Shown one piece after another: positions 34,523-44,899 of a stretch of DNA of 64,000 nt (the first letter of the stretch is position 1; every line of letters starts with the position of its first letter). Made by a program: the position numbers and the translations under genes. The notes under the pieces are model-generated. The model was not told the DNA's origin, ran no database searches, and was given only the letters and a program-made list of their open reading frames with translations. Location: contig CBDUST010000001.1 of NCBI GenBank assembly GCA_965369945.1, positions 15,201 through 79,200 on the forward strand, in the 5' to 3' direction. The DNA comes from an uncultured bacterium (GTDB lineage Bacteria > Planctomycetota > Phycisphaerae > Phycisphaerales > SM1A02).

Positions 34523-36883
34523 CTAATCCCCCAGGAGTTGGAATTCTTCCCGCTGTTGGTCAGAAAACTGTTCGATGCCCTGGTCCTCGGAGACGAGCAC
34601 GGCCCGTTTCTCGGCCACCAGGACTACCACAAACCGGTTGGCGGCAAGAACTTGGCGTAGATCAGATCTGCCCAGAGCGAGGTCGAAATACGCGTCGGAG
34701 GCGAATTTGACGGTGGTGACTTCGGTGTCCTCAGTGAACTGCTCGTCCACCAGGTACGCCCCCATTCGGTGGTACCACCTGCCGGCTATCTGGCGAACCG
34801 CCAACAGCCGGGCATCCAGGCGGTCGGCGTCCTTGCTGAGAGCTTCCTTGAGGGCGGCGTTCTTCCGCGCGATGAGGTTGGCGACCTTGCCGGATTCTTG
34901 AGCGATGGACAGCTCGGCTTCGGTGAGGGACACCCCGCCGAACTCGTCGCCGAACTGGTAGAAAATAGAATCCAGTTCGAGGCCCGGAGCTCCCCGGCTG
35001 AACAAGCCGGCATCTTCGATCGCTCTACTAGCCGAGGCTGGCGGCTGACGACGACCGGGCAAGCCGCCGCCACCGCCTCTGCCGCCACCACCACCCACAC
35101 CGAAACCACTGGGGGCTCCGGGCTGACCGAGTCGATGTCGAACGATGATCTGCTGCTGGTCCGGCACAATCAACCAACTCGAGTACGGCGTCTGAATCCC
35201 GTACTTCTGACTCAACTCCAGTATCTCGCCGATCATCTCCTGCGATTCGCCATGGGCTCGGATCTGATCGATCAAGTACGCAATTTTTCGTCCACCCCAA
35301 ACAGCCGGAACGTACTCAGCCTCAGCCGTGTTCACGAACGCCGCCTTGGGCCAGGAGTATTCGACCTGTTCACCCTCGCGCATAGCTGTGAGTTTCACCG
35401 GCCCGGTCGCGGTCGTGCTGAACTTCGCTGCAATGATCAACTGCTGTCCGTTGTAGAGATCACCCAGCGTCGCAGGAAACTGCTCAGTCACACCAACCCC
35501 CGGAAGTGTCAAGCGCAAGTTGGTCAACACCGGCTGACTGATGACGCTGAAGAAGTCGCCCAGCACGAGTTCAAGATTCTCGCCCGGCTGAACGTAGGTC
35601 GGCCGACCCATGAATTCGTTGGAAAGGCGATCGAGCAGAATCGTGTTGACATCATGTCCCACGCCGAATGGGAAGATGCGCATCCCCTGTTCGTTGGTGT
35701 TCTTCAGCGTCGCAAGAATCTCGTCCGGCCCACGATTTCCCTTGCCGTCCGTAAGGAACACGACAACAAACGGCCGAGCAGATTGATCGTCCTTCGCCGT
35801 CGGCCGCATACCAACGACGTGCTGCAAGGTATCAGCGATGTTGGTTCCGCCGCGGGCTTCGAAGCTCTCGATGAACGCATGAGCCTTGGCGAGATTGTCC
35901 TTCGTAGCACTCTGCAACTCTTCAAAAAGCACGTCAAAACCAGTGGAGAACCGCACGACGCTGAATCGGTCGCGATCGTCAAGCTGCTCGATGCAGAACT
36001 GAAGCGATCGACGGGCCTGTTCGATTTTCTCGCCGGACATCGATCCGCTGGTGTCGATGACAAAGACGACGTCCTGCGGCTGATACGATTGCTTGGGCCA
36101 AAGCTGCTTGGGCGTGAGCATCAAAACGAAATGCCCCGGCTTGTCCTTATCCGGTTTATGCGCAACGAGTGATAGCCCAAGATCGCTCGCGTCGGTGTCG
36201 TAGAGCAAAAGGAAATCATCTTCGAGACTTCCGCCCGAAGCTTCGTAGGCAATCTTCGCGGCGTACTCACCGTCGCGCACAATCTCCACCGCGTGGCTGG
36301 GCGACCAGATGTTCTTCAGCGGCGCGGTCGTTCGCAGATTCACCGCGAATCGAACCAAGCCATACGCTTGCCCAGCTGTCTTGCGCGTGCGCAACGGATA
36401 GTGGTATCCACTCATGCCGCTGATCGGACGATTGATCTGTTGATAGCGCATCTTGATCGTCGTGTCACTGCCCGGCTCGATCGGAAAGACGCGCATCTGC
36501 AACAGCCGGCGACCGATGAACTCGATCAGCCCGGGATCTTTCGTGCGACGAACGATGGATTCGTATATTTGCCGCGCTTTGTCGGCTGGCAGAACTTCGC
36601 CCTCGACCATCTTGCCGTTGAAGGACATTTGGAAGTTGGTCAGGTCGGCGTTCTCGGGGAGTGGGAAGATATACGTCGCCTCCAGCCGACGATTCGTATC
36701 GTTGTGGAAGGTTTGGGTGATGCTGGTCAGGGCGACCTGATCGTGGACCTCGACATCAACCAGGTGGTCCGTCACGCGAAGCGGCGGGAGCGTCTGATCG
36801 GTCGGGGCCAGAAGGCCGGAGGCCCCTGCGGTCGCTGAAAGCCACAGCAGGGATAACGAAGAAGCAATGGTGAGTGATCGCAT
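34523..36883 (-). CDS. secreted VIT plus von Willebrand factor A domain protein
   Basis: GGAG lies upstream of the ATG at 36883. The signal is MRSLTIASSLSLLWLSATAGASG. The VIT-like region reads LEATYIFPLPENADLTNFQMSFNGKMVEGEV. The MIDAS motif is VIDTSGSMSG. Confidence 0.9.
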   Translation of the reverse strand: MRSLTIASSLSLLWLSATAGASGLLAPTDQTLPPLRVTDHLVDVEVHDQVALTSITQTFHNDTNRRLEATYIFPLPENADLTNFQMSFNGKMVEGEVLPADKARQIYESIVRRTKDPGLIEFIGRRLLQMRVFPIEPGSDTTIKMRYQQINRPISGMSGYHYPLRTRKTAGQAYGLVRFAVNLRTTAPLKNIWSPSHAVEIVRDGEYAAKIAYEASGGSLEDDFLLLYDTDASDLGLSLVAHKPDKDKPGHFVLMLTPKQLWPKQSYQPQDVVFVIDTSGSMSGEKIEQARRSLQFCIEQLDDRDRFSVVRFSTGFDVLFEELQSATKDNLAKAHAFIESFEARGGTNIADTLQHVVGMRPTAKDDQSARPFVVVFLTDGKGNRGPDEILATLKNTNEQGMRIFPFGVGHDVNTILLDRLSNEFMGRPTYVQPGENLELVLGDFFSVISQPVLTNLRLTLPGVGVTEQFPATLGDLYNGQQLIIAAKFSTTATGPVKLTAMREGEQVEYSWPKAAFVNTAEAEYVPAVWGGRKIAYLIDQIRAHGESQEMIGEILELSQKYGIQTPYSSWLIVPDQQQIIVRHRLGQPGAPSGFGVGGGGGRGGGGGLPGRRQPPASASRAIEDAGLFSRGAPGLELDSIFYQFGDEFGGVSLTEAELSIAQESGKVANLIARKNAALKEALSKDADRLDARLLAVRQIAGRWYHRMGAYLVDEQFTEDTEVTTVKFASDAYFDLALGRSDLRQVLAANRFVVVLVAEKRAVLVSEDQGIEQFSDQQREEFQLLGD

Positions 36884-37065
36884 AGCTGGTCTCCTTGGGG
36901 GCGCAGCAATGGACGCATCCCCATATACGATGGTCCGACGCAAAGAGTTGTCTCCAGTTCCTTGGACAATTTCAAACCCAAACACGGTTGGCGCGATGAG
37001 ACCGATATGATTGACCGGCAAATCGCCCCAGGAGCCCTGATGATCCAAACGGCGGTCCCAAACGT

Positions 37066-39138
37066 ATGACCAACGTGCAGCAAGTCATCAAGAGAGCCCG
37101 ACGCCGATTGACCGCTGCGGCCGCAATTCGCCGCTCCGGGACCGCGATTGCCATCTCAGCGGGGGCGGGGCTGGTGCTGCTGGCAGTTGATCGACTGGCA
37201 GACTTGAACATCGCGCTGCCGATCTACCTGGTCGTTGTTGGACTGGGGCTCGCTACGGGTATTGGACATGCCCTAATCACCCGCCCCGAACGCCTGGCCG
37301 TGGCTGTACGTCTTGACCGCCGACTTGGGTTGCGCGACCGGTTGGGATCAGCCGAGGCGATCCGAACTGGACAAGTTCAAGATGAGGGTTTTGCAGGATT
37401 AGTTGAGCTCGATGCGCAGCGCACAAGCCAAGGGCTGGACATCAAGCGAGCCACGCCTATCCATCTCACGCTCAATTGGTTCGTGGCGGGCGGATTAGTT
37501 GGCATCCTGGGGTTGGGCTTTGCGTTTGTTCCATCGCTCACCAAACAGACAAACGCTGGGGGGCAGACCGCCGAAGCGCAACACGAGGCGCAACTTCAAT
37601 CGCAGGAGATCTCGCAAACCATCCAAGAGGCGGTCGCCCAGATCGATGATGAAGAGCTGGATGAGCAAACGCGCCAAGAACTCGCATCGTTAGAACGCTT
37701 GGCTCAGCAGCTTGGCAATGAGGGGACTTCGTCGGATGAGGTGGCGGAGGCACGTGATCGATCCGCAGGGCAGCTTGCGGAATTAGCGGATCGAATTGCT
37801 GAGGAATCGCAGCGGAATCTGCGCGCCGCCGATGCGGTGGCTGAGCGTTTCACCGGTATGGAGCCGGTTGATGCGCCGATGTCCGCGGAAGAATTCGCCG
37901 AGGCGCTTCGCAACGGCGAGTTTGGTGAGGCGGCGGATCTGCTGGACGAACTGATGGCCGATGAACAAGGCCTATCTGATGAACAGCGCGGTGAAGTGGC
38001 TGATCATCTACGCGAGGTGAGCGAGCAACTCACCGAGCCGAGTGGCGATTCGACTGATGAACAATTGGAAAACGTCCGCGAAGCATTGGGCGATCTTGGA
38101 ATGGAGGAGCAGGATGTCGATGATCTGCTCAACGATGAAATGTCCGAGGATGAGCTTCAGCGCGTTTTGGAAGATCGCCAGATTGATCAGGATGTCGCGC
38201 AAGAGCTTGCTGAGGACATCGAGCGAGTGAAGGAGCAACAGCGAGTCGATGAGCAAGCGGACGATGAAGCGAAGGCGATGAGTGAAGCGATGGAGGATGC
38301 TGCGGACAAACTTGAGGGCCGTGATCCCCAATCACAAGCTGATCAAGCTGCCGAGCAAGATCAGCGCCAGACTGAGCAGCGCTCAGAGGAGCAGTCTTCC
38401 GAACAACCCAACGCTGAGCAGCGAGAAGGCGAACGACAGACCGAGCAAACGCAGCGACAGACTGCGACCGAAGAACGCGGCGGAGACGAGCAGCGTGAGG
38501 TACCGGTAAACATACCTGAAGGTGAGCAACAGCAGCGCGAAGCACAAGAGCAACGAGTACCTGAACCGGAAGGGCAACCTGACGGGCAACCCAAGGGCCC
38601 CAAGGAGATGCCACAGTCGTTGCAGCAAATGCTGCGGCGTTTGGCCGAGGCGGGACGTGAGGCGGAGAAAGGCAAAGCCGACAGTGAACGTCTGCGCGAG
38701 GCGGCTCGCAAACTGGCTGATACGATGAGCGACGAACAGAAACAAGATTTCGCGCAGAAATGGATGCGTGACTTCGGGTCGAAGTCGGGCACCGATCGCG
38801 GGCAACGTACCCAAACCACGCCGCCCGATCAATCACCTTTCAGTGAGACCGAGCTGGTCGACATCGGCGGCGACGAGGAGGCAAGCAACATCATCGCCAC
38901 TTGGCTGGGTGACGAAGCGATCGAAGGTGATCCGCAGCGCACAACGCGCGGTGGTGAAGTGATTCGCCGAGCCCAATCCGCCGCCGAGCAAGCCGTCGAT
39001 CAGTCTGCTGTGCCGCGTCGTTACCACGAGTTGATTCAACGATACTTCGGCCAACTTGACAAGACCGTCGACAAAGCCGCCACATCGAACAAGTCAGCCC
39101 CCCCGGCCAAACCAACGGCCAAACCGGATGGATCGTGA
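37066..39138 (+). CDS. membrane protein with a very acidic E/D/Q-rich low-complexity region
   Basis: TM segments lie at the N-terminus. About 350 aa are acidic low-complexity sequence. The conserved-looking C-terminus reads VPRRYHELIQRYFGQL. The stop overlaps the next start (GTGA). Confidence 0.7.
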   Translation: MTNVQQVIKRARRRLTAAAAIRRSGTAIAISAGAGLVLLAVDRLADLNIALPIYLVVVGLGLATGIGHALITRPERLAVAVRLDRRLGLRDRLGSAEAIRTGQVQDEGFAGLVELDAQRTSQGLDIKRATPIHLTLNWFVAGGLVGILGLGFAFVPSLTKQTNAGGQTAEAQHEAQLQSQEISQTIQEAVAQIDDEELDEQTRQELASLERLAQQLGNEGTSSDEVAEARDRSAGQLAELADRIAEESQRNLRAADAVAERFTGMEPVDAPMSAEEFAEALRNGEFGEAADLLDELMADEQGLSDEQRGEVADHLREVSEQLTEPSGDSTDEQLENVREALGDLGMEEQDVDDLLNDEMSEDELQRVLEDRQIDQDVAQELAEDIERVKEQQRVDEQADDEAKAMSEAMEDAADKLEGRDPQSQADQAAEQDQRQTEQRSEEQSSEQPNAEQREGERQTEQTQRQTATEERGGDEQREVPVNIPEGEQQQREAQEQRVPEPEGQPDGQPKGPKEMPQSLQQMLRRLAEAGREAEKGKADSERLREAARKLADTMSDEQKQDFAQKWMRDFGSKSGTDRGQRTQTTPPDQSPFSETELVDIGGDEEASNIIATWLGDEAIEGDPQRTTRGGEVIRRAQSAAEQAVDQSAVPRRYHELIQRYFGQLDKTVDKAATSNKSAPPAKPTAKPDGS

Positions 39139-42100
39139 ACCTTCGCTTTGACCAGCCTGAGTTATTGCTGCTGGCTCTGCTCGGCATCCCGCTAGCGGTG
39201 CTGGGTTGGCGATGGCTTTCGGGGATGGATCATGTGCGTCGCAGTGTCGTAACTTTGCTGCGCGTTGGCCTCATCGTAGCGCTTTCGGTCATGTTGGCCG
39301 GACCGCGCACCATCCAAGAGCACGACGACCTTACCGTGATCGGGCTGCTCGATGTCAGCGGATCGATTGCGCGGTTTGCGCAACTCCCGGAGATTCCCGA
39401 ACTTGGAAGGCAATCGAATCTCGAATATATGCGCCGTTGGTTTCGTGCCGCCACAAACACCAAAGCACCCGACGACCGGTTCGGCTTGATCGTCTTCGAC
39501 GGCAAGGCGACGGTGATCTCAGTGCCAACCAAAGGCGATTACATCGACGATGATCTTGATGTGCGCATCATGGAGGGGACGAACCTTGCAGAGTCGATCA
39601 CCTTGGCGCTAGCGATGTTCCCGGCGCAGACCGCCAAGCGGCTGGTGCTCGTCAGTGACGGGAACGAGACGATCGGCGATGCACTTCAGGCTGCCCAGCA
39701 AGCTGCGGCTGGGTCGCTCGTTCGCCAAGACACATCCCAGATGAGTCGAACCTCGATCCCAATCGACGTCGCGCCGATCGAATATGAAGTGACGGGCGAC
39801 GTGCAGGTGGTGCGCGTTGAGACGCCGCCGATTGCTCAACCAGGTCAGACGGTTACCGTTCGAATGCTGCTTTCAGCGACAGCCCCCACGGCAGGGCGAT
39901 TGACGCTGCGCCGCGAGGGCGAGCCGATTGACCTCAACGGTGCGGAACCGGGCGTTGCCCGGCGGATCGTTGCGCCGCAGGGCAATTCGATTCAACTGGC
40001 CCAGGCTGTCCTCGGCGAAACCCCGATCAACCGATTTGAGGTGATTTTCGAGCCTGAGGATCCGACGACTGATGCGCTATCAGAAAACAACTCTGCTGAA
40101 GCGTTTACCGCCACGCCAAGTCGGGGCAGCGTACTCTTGCTTGATGCCCGCTCGACTCGGGATTCCAACGTGTTGGCGGAGACGTTGCGGCGAGCTGACC
40201 TTCCCGTTCGGGTCATGAGGCCCGACTCCCTTGGCGACGATCTTCTGTCACTGCAAAGTTACGACCTCATCATTCTCGACAACGTCTCCGCGACCGATCT
40301 CAACACACAACAGCACGAACTATTGAGTCGCTACGTTCATGACTTGGCGGGCGGGCTCATCATGGTCGGAGGCGAGAATAGTTTCGGGGCCGGCGGGTGG
40401 AATGGAACAGAGTTGGAGAAGGTGTTGCCGCTTGAACTCGATCCAGCGAAGGAAGCGAGATTGCCCGAAGCGGCGTTGGTGCTGGTGATGGATAAATCAG
40501 GTTCGATGAACCAACCGGTCGCCGGCGCGCGGGCCTCGCAGCAACGCGTGGCCAACGAAGCGGCGGCCTTGGCCATTGAATCACTGCGCAGTGAGAGCCT
40601 CATTGGCGTTGTCACATTCGATTTCTCCGCTCACATCCACGTTCCGTTGCAACGAAATAACGAGCCCCATCGCATCGCTGATCGTGTGCGCGGCATCACC
40701 GCTGACGGCGGGACGAATCTTCGCCCGGCCCTGCAGACGGCCCTTGATATGCTCAGCACTGTCGAAGCGGAACGCAAGCGCATCGTCTGCCTCAGCGATG
40801 GTCGATCACATTCCACCAACCTCGACGACATCGTCAACGCGATGACCGCCCAGAACATCAAGCTCACCACCATCGCGATCGGAGATGACGCTGATCATCA
40901 GACGTTGAGTCACCTGGCCGAACTGGGTGGCGGAGAGTTCTATCGCGTGCTCAATCCGCGCACGTTACCGCGAATTCTCGTCGATGCCGTGCAGGTGATC
41001 AATAAACCGCTGCTGAAAGAAGTTCCGTTCATACCGGTTGTGCGCCCAACTGGTTCGACGCTGACGGTTGGCATGGACCAAGCGCCGATCCTGGATGGGT
41101 TGGTCATTACTTCGCTGCGGGACGATCCCAAAGTCACGTTGGAGATGACGCATCCCGACGGCGAACCGTTACTTGCACATTGGCAGGTTGGGATGGGACG
41201 CACTGCGGCTTTCACGTCCGACGCCGATGGCCAGTGGTCGCAGCGCTGGATCGACTGGCCGGGTTATGCGTCGTTCTGGGCGCAGCTCGCGCGGACCATC
41301 GCTCGACCGCCAACCAGCCAGGACACGGAAATGACCGCGATCATCGAGCAGGGCCGTTTGAATATCACGATCGAAGCTGCGGATGAAGAGACGGGATTCA
41401 TGGATTACATGCACGTTGAAGGCGTGGTGTACGGCCCCGATGGGAAAACTATTCCCGTTCGATTGCGCCAAAGCGCGCCTGGGCGATATGAGACATCGGT
41501 GCCGGCGACGGCCCCGGGCAATTATGTCGTGGCGCTGAGCCCACGTCGGGGCGACCAAAGACTTGCACCAGTGATCGGGGGCGCAACGCAATCGTCGAAT
41601 CCCGAGTTTCGCAGATATCGATCGAACCGTGCGCGGCTTGAGCAGATCGCTGAGCTGACCGGTGGACGAGTGCTTGAGATCGCCAATCCGCAAGCGGCTG
41701 ACCTGTTTGATCGCACAGGAATGCCTCCGAGCATCTCAGCGCTGCCTGCGTGGCGAACGATCCTGTGGTGGGCGCTGTTTGTGATGTTGTTGGATGTTGC
41801 AGCGCGGCGTTTGGCGTGGGACGTTGAATTGCTGCGGAAACTCATAGCCAGGGCGGTGGCGCGCGTCGCCCCGGCACATGTGCGTGGGACGGAAGCTGCG
41901 GCGACACTGGCAACACTTCGGCAGGTGAGTAGTGATCTTGATCCGCAGCGCGCAGCCCGCGCCGTGCAAGGCCCCCGGATTCGGGAAGCGCGGCGACCGA
42001 AGCGGCCGAAGGTCCGACCTCAAGCGACGGAAGCGCCGCAACCGCCGGACTCATCGAAGGTCGCTTCTGTTTTGTCGTCGTTTCTGGGCAGGTCATCGCC

Positions 42101-42239
42101 GAAGGAATCAAAGACGCCGCTGCCTGATGAACCGCACGATGCGTCCGGTGCGAGCGAAACCACCAGTGGTTTGCTTGCCGCCAAGCGCCGTGCTCGCGAG
42201 CGGCTTGGTGGTGAGAAGCCTGAAGAGCCCGGTCAGTGA
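39135..42239 (+). CDS. BatA/BatB-like large vWA-domain membrane protein
   Basis: The N-terminal double-TM region reads LLLLALLGIPLAVLGWRWL...LIVALSVMLAGP. The MIDAS motif is VMDKSGSM. A C-terminal TM segment is followed by a basic tail. Confidence 0.85.
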   Translation: MNLRFDQPELLLLALLGIPLAVLGWRWLSGMDHVRRSVVTLLRVGLIVALSVMLAGPRTIQEHDDLTVIGLLDVSGSIARFAQLPEIPELGRQSNLEYMRRWFRAATNTKAPDDRFGLIVFDGKATVISVPTKGDYIDDDLDVRIMEGTNLAESITLALAMFPAQTAKRLVLVSDGNETIGDALQAAQQAAAGSLVRQDTSQMSRTSIPIDVAPIEYEVTGDVQVVRVETPPIAQPGQTVTVRMLLSATAPTAGRLTLRREGEPIDLNGAEPGVARRIVAPQGNSIQLAQAVLGETPINRFEVIFEPEDPTTDALSENNSAEAFTATPSRGSVLLLDARSTRDSNVLAETLRRADLPVRVMRPDSLGDDLLSLQSYDLIILDNVSATDLNTQQHELLSRYVHDLAGGLIMVGGENSFGAGGWNGTELEKVLPLELDPAKEARLPEAALVLVMDKSGSMNQPVAGARASQQRVANEAAALAIESLRSESLIGVVTFDFSAHIHVPLQRNNEPHRIADRVRGITADGGTNLRPALQTALDMLSTVEAERKRIVCLSDGRSHSTNLDDIVNAMTAQNIKLTTIAIGDDADHQTLSHLAELGGGEFYRVLNPRTLPRILVDAVQVINKPLLKEVPFIPVVRPTGSTLTVGMDQAPILDGLVITSLRDDPKVTLEMTHPDGEPLLAHWQVGMGRTAAFTSDADGQWSQRWIDWPGYASFWAQLARTIARPPTSQDTEMTAIIEQGRLNITIEAADEETGFMDYMHVEGVVYGPDGKTIPVRLRQSAPGRYETSVPATAPGNYVVALSPRRGDQRLAPVIGGATQSSNPEFRRYRSNRARLEQIAELTGGRVLEIANPQAADLFDRTGMPPSISALPAWRTILWWALFVMLLDVAARRLAWDVELLRKLIARAVARVAPAHVRGTEAAATLATLRQVSSDLDPQRAARAVQGPRIREARRPKRPKVRPQATEAPQPPDSSKVASVLSSFLGRSSPKESKTPLPDEPHDASGASETTSGLLAAKRRARERLGGEKPEEPGQ

Positions 42240-42267
42240 CGTGACCACGCCCAATGGATCGTCGAAG

Positions 42268-43593
42268 CTACGAATACGCCTTCACGATTTCAGCTTGTGG
42301 GTAATACCAAGCCACGATGTCACGATGATTCTTGCCATCACGGGCTAATTGTTCTGCGCCATATTGACACATACCTGCCCCGTGGCCAAGTCCGTGCCCT
42401 CGGAAAATCACTGTGGATTCTTCAACTACAGCGCTTAGGTACGAACTCATCAGCCGCTGTTGAGGTGCGGCTAATCCCTGCCCTCGGTAGTTGGCGGCGC
42501 GCATGAACTCTTCAGCGGACAGCTCGACACGGTGTTCGCGCACATCCGTCACGGCAAATCGCATCGGTCGTTGATGCACGTTCGATTCCGTGACTTCGAT
42601 CGCGGCGATTGTCGCCAATCCTTTGAGGTCATCACGACGGCGAACGTTTCCATAGGCAATGAGGCGGCGTGTCAGCGCTTCGACCGGCCGCTCGATCCGC
42701 CAATTGGCGACTTTGACTTCGGTACAGACATCTCGACCCACACGGCCGGCAAGCGGAGCGACGTCGTTGGCCGGGTGGTCCCCGATAACGTCGACGGCTC
42801 GGGCAGCCAGCCCACCGCAACAACTTGAGTAATACCCGGGCACGAGCGCGGCGTCGTACGCCAGCACTTGGCCGCGCGTCGACTGCACCGCATCGAGCGT
42901 GTCGTCGTGTTTGACGCGCCCAATGTAGACCTGTGACATTGCGGTGTTCGTGACGTCGTAGGCACGGCGGCCCTGGAACAACGTGTGTTCAGAACAGGCG
43001 AAACTTCTGGCTGCGATCGCCTGCGCCGCTCGAGTCTCAAATTTCCAATGATCGAACAGCTCGGCGGCAACCACACCCGGCAAATAGGCTTCCAGCGGAA
43101 CGAGATTAATCACGTCGAATGATTCGGCGCTCTGATCGGTCCGCGATTCGATACGCAGTGATCCCGGATAAACGCGATCGTTGAACCGGATGGTGGGCTT
43201 GGCGCCACTGAGCGAGGCGATGTCGAGTCCGTCCAGGCTTTCAACCGGAATGCGGCGATTGTCAGTATCAACGATGGACCATCGATCGGAGGCCACGCTG
43301 ACTTGCAACGGTCCACGCAGGACGATTTCTCCAGCCGACAACGCCAGCGGGAAGACGCGCAGCCATTGATCGGCCTCGCCGATCTGAACCGACGTGGTCT
43401 GAGCGCGGGCCCTGAAAACGCGGACTCGCATCATCGGCTCGGCCGTGGGCAAAGGCGGTCGCCGCCGGTGATCTGCACCGGCTAATCCCGGCTTGTCGTC
43501 TGTGGCCGCTGCGTCGTCGCCAGCACGGTCCGATGAACTCGATTTGGATTCACACCCGCTGAGCGCTGTCGGCGCCGTTGCCAACGCGGCCAT
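42268..43593 (-). CDS. SpoIID/LytB-domain lipoprotein
   Basis: Family motifs YYSSCCGG and GHGLGHGAGMCQYGA are present. The lipobox is ALSG-C. The true start is probably upstream of 43593 (see findings). Confidence 0.85.
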   Translation of the reverse strand: MAALATAPTALSGCESKSSSSDRAGDDAAATDDKPGLAGADHRRRPPLPTAEPMMRVRVFRARAQTTSVQIGEADQWLRVFPLALSAGEIVLRGPLQVSVASDRWSIVDTDNRRIPVESLDGLDIASLSGAKPTIRFNDRVYPGSLRIESRTDQSAESFDVINLVPLEAYLPGVVAAELFDHWKFETRAAQAIAARSFACSEHTLFQGRRAYDVTNTAMSQVYIGRVKHDDTLDAVQSTRGQVLAYDAALVPGYYSSCCGGLAARAVDVIGDHPANDVAPLAGRVGRDVCTEVKVANWRIERPVEALTRRLIAYGNVRRRDDLKGLATIAAIEVTESNVHQRPMRFAVTDVREHRVELSAEEFMRAANYRGQGLAAPQQRLMSSYLSAVVEESTVIFRGHGLGHGAGMCQYGAEQLARDGKNHRDIVAWYYPQAEIVKAYS

Positions 43594-43767
43594 TCGTGCC
43601 AGAAATGATCGACGAGATGGATTCGTCCGTCCGTGGATAAAGTCAGTGTAGATCAGCTTCTACGCTTAGGCCACGAGCGTTCTAGGTTCTGTCTGATGGA
43701 TCAAGAGAGTGCACTTCATTCTTGGTGGGACGGGCTTCCAACCCGTCCTCTTCACTCTTAGATAGAG

Positions 43768-43825
43768 ACGGGCAGGTCTCCATAGGCGACTCGCCGAGGC
43801 GAAATGCCTACGGAGACCTGCCCGT
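43768..43825. repeat. 58-nt hairpin with 14-bp perfect outer stem
   Basis: ACGGGCAGGTCTCC (43768-43781) faces GGAGACCTGCCCGT (43812-43825), with an inner TAGGC/GCCTA stem. The related hairpin CACGGGCA-GGA-TGCCCGTG lies at 43851-43869. Confidence 0.9.
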
Positions 43826-43966
43826 GCGACTCATCATGGCGTGACATCTGCACGGGCAGGATGCCCGTGCCACCGGAGTCGCGCCGATCGACCGTTGGGA
43901 CCAGTAAGCTCATCGTGGCGTGAGATGACTAACGCACGCAGCCGCTACATCTTCAGTGAAACTGCT

Positions 43967-44899
43967 CTAGTCGAGGTTTCGCAGGCCGAGTTGGAAATCG
44001 CCCAGCTTCTCACCGATTTCGGTGAGGCTTGTCTGGCCGAAGTTCTTGACCCCCATCAATTCAGCCTCGGTTCGGGTGGCCAGATCGCCAATCGTCTGGA
44101 TGCCAAGGAATTGAAGGGCCTTGCGTGCTCGGACAGACAGATCCAAGACCGAAATGGGTTTGCCGAGAACAGCTTCGGAAGCTCTGCCGCGCAGTTGATC
44201 GTAGATTTCCTTGCGGACCCGGCTGTACTGACCCTCGAGCCCTTGGCCGAGCCGAAATCCCTTGGACGCCAGCATGGTCTTTATCTCCACGAGCGACGTC
44301 TCACCGAAGTTCTTATAGCTCAGCAGCTCGGCCTCGGTGATCTTCAGCAGATCGCCGAGCGTGCGAATCTGCATCTTCTTGAGACAGTTGCGAGCCCGCA
44401 CCGAAAGTTCAAAATCGGTAACAGGCGTATCGAGCAGGGCGTTGCGCTTGGCCAAGTCGCGGGCATGCTCCTCGTCGTAGTACATGTCCTTGGACGCCTG
44501 TACGTCCTTCATATACTTCAACGCGCGAGGATGATTGGGGCACGTCTCGAGGATCTGCCGAAGGCATTTCTCCGCTTGGGCAATCTCGCCTCGGTCCTCG
44601 TAGACCACAGCGAGATTCAACAGGGCGTTGACGTGCGGCTGATCGCGCAGGCACAACTGCTCGTACAGAGCCACCGCCTCGTCCTCTTCCCCCAGCAGAT
44701 CGAGGAAGTAGGCCAGCTTGAACTCATATTCTGCGTTGTCGCCAACCTGAACAGCCTTGCGAAGCAAGACCGCAGCATTGCCGCGGTCTCCATCAGCCTC
44801 AGCCATCAACGCCGCTTCGTAGTGGGCTTGGGCCGCCTTGGGGTCGATTGCCGCGGCCCGTTTACCGATCATCGTGTCGAGGACATCCTGACTCACCAC
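43967..44899 (-). CDS. TPR protein with two RNA polymerase alpha C-terminal-domain-like (HhH) repeats
   Basis: The two repeats are FELSVRARNCLKKMQIRTLGDLL and LDLSVRARKALQFLGIQTIGDLA. The N-terminal half is TPR-like. The start was chosen at the GTG at 44899, 5 nt after GGAGG; the ORF-track start at 44974 is a TTG. Confidence 0.85.
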   Translation of the reverse strand: MVSQDVLDTMIGKRAAAIDPKAAQAHYEAALMAEADGDRGNAAVLLRKAVQVGDNAEYEFKLAYFLDLLGEEDEAVALYEQLCLRDQPHVNALLNLAVVYEDRGEIAQAEKCLRQILETCPNHPRALKYMKDVQASKDMYYDEEHARDLAKRNALLDTPVTDFELSVRARNCLKKMQIRTLGDLLKITEAELLSYKNFGETSLVEIKTMLASKGFRLGQGLEGQYSRVRKEIYDQLRGRASEAVLGKPISVLDLSVRARKALQFLGIQTIGDLATRTEAELMGVKNFGQTSLTEIGEKLGDFQLGLRNLD

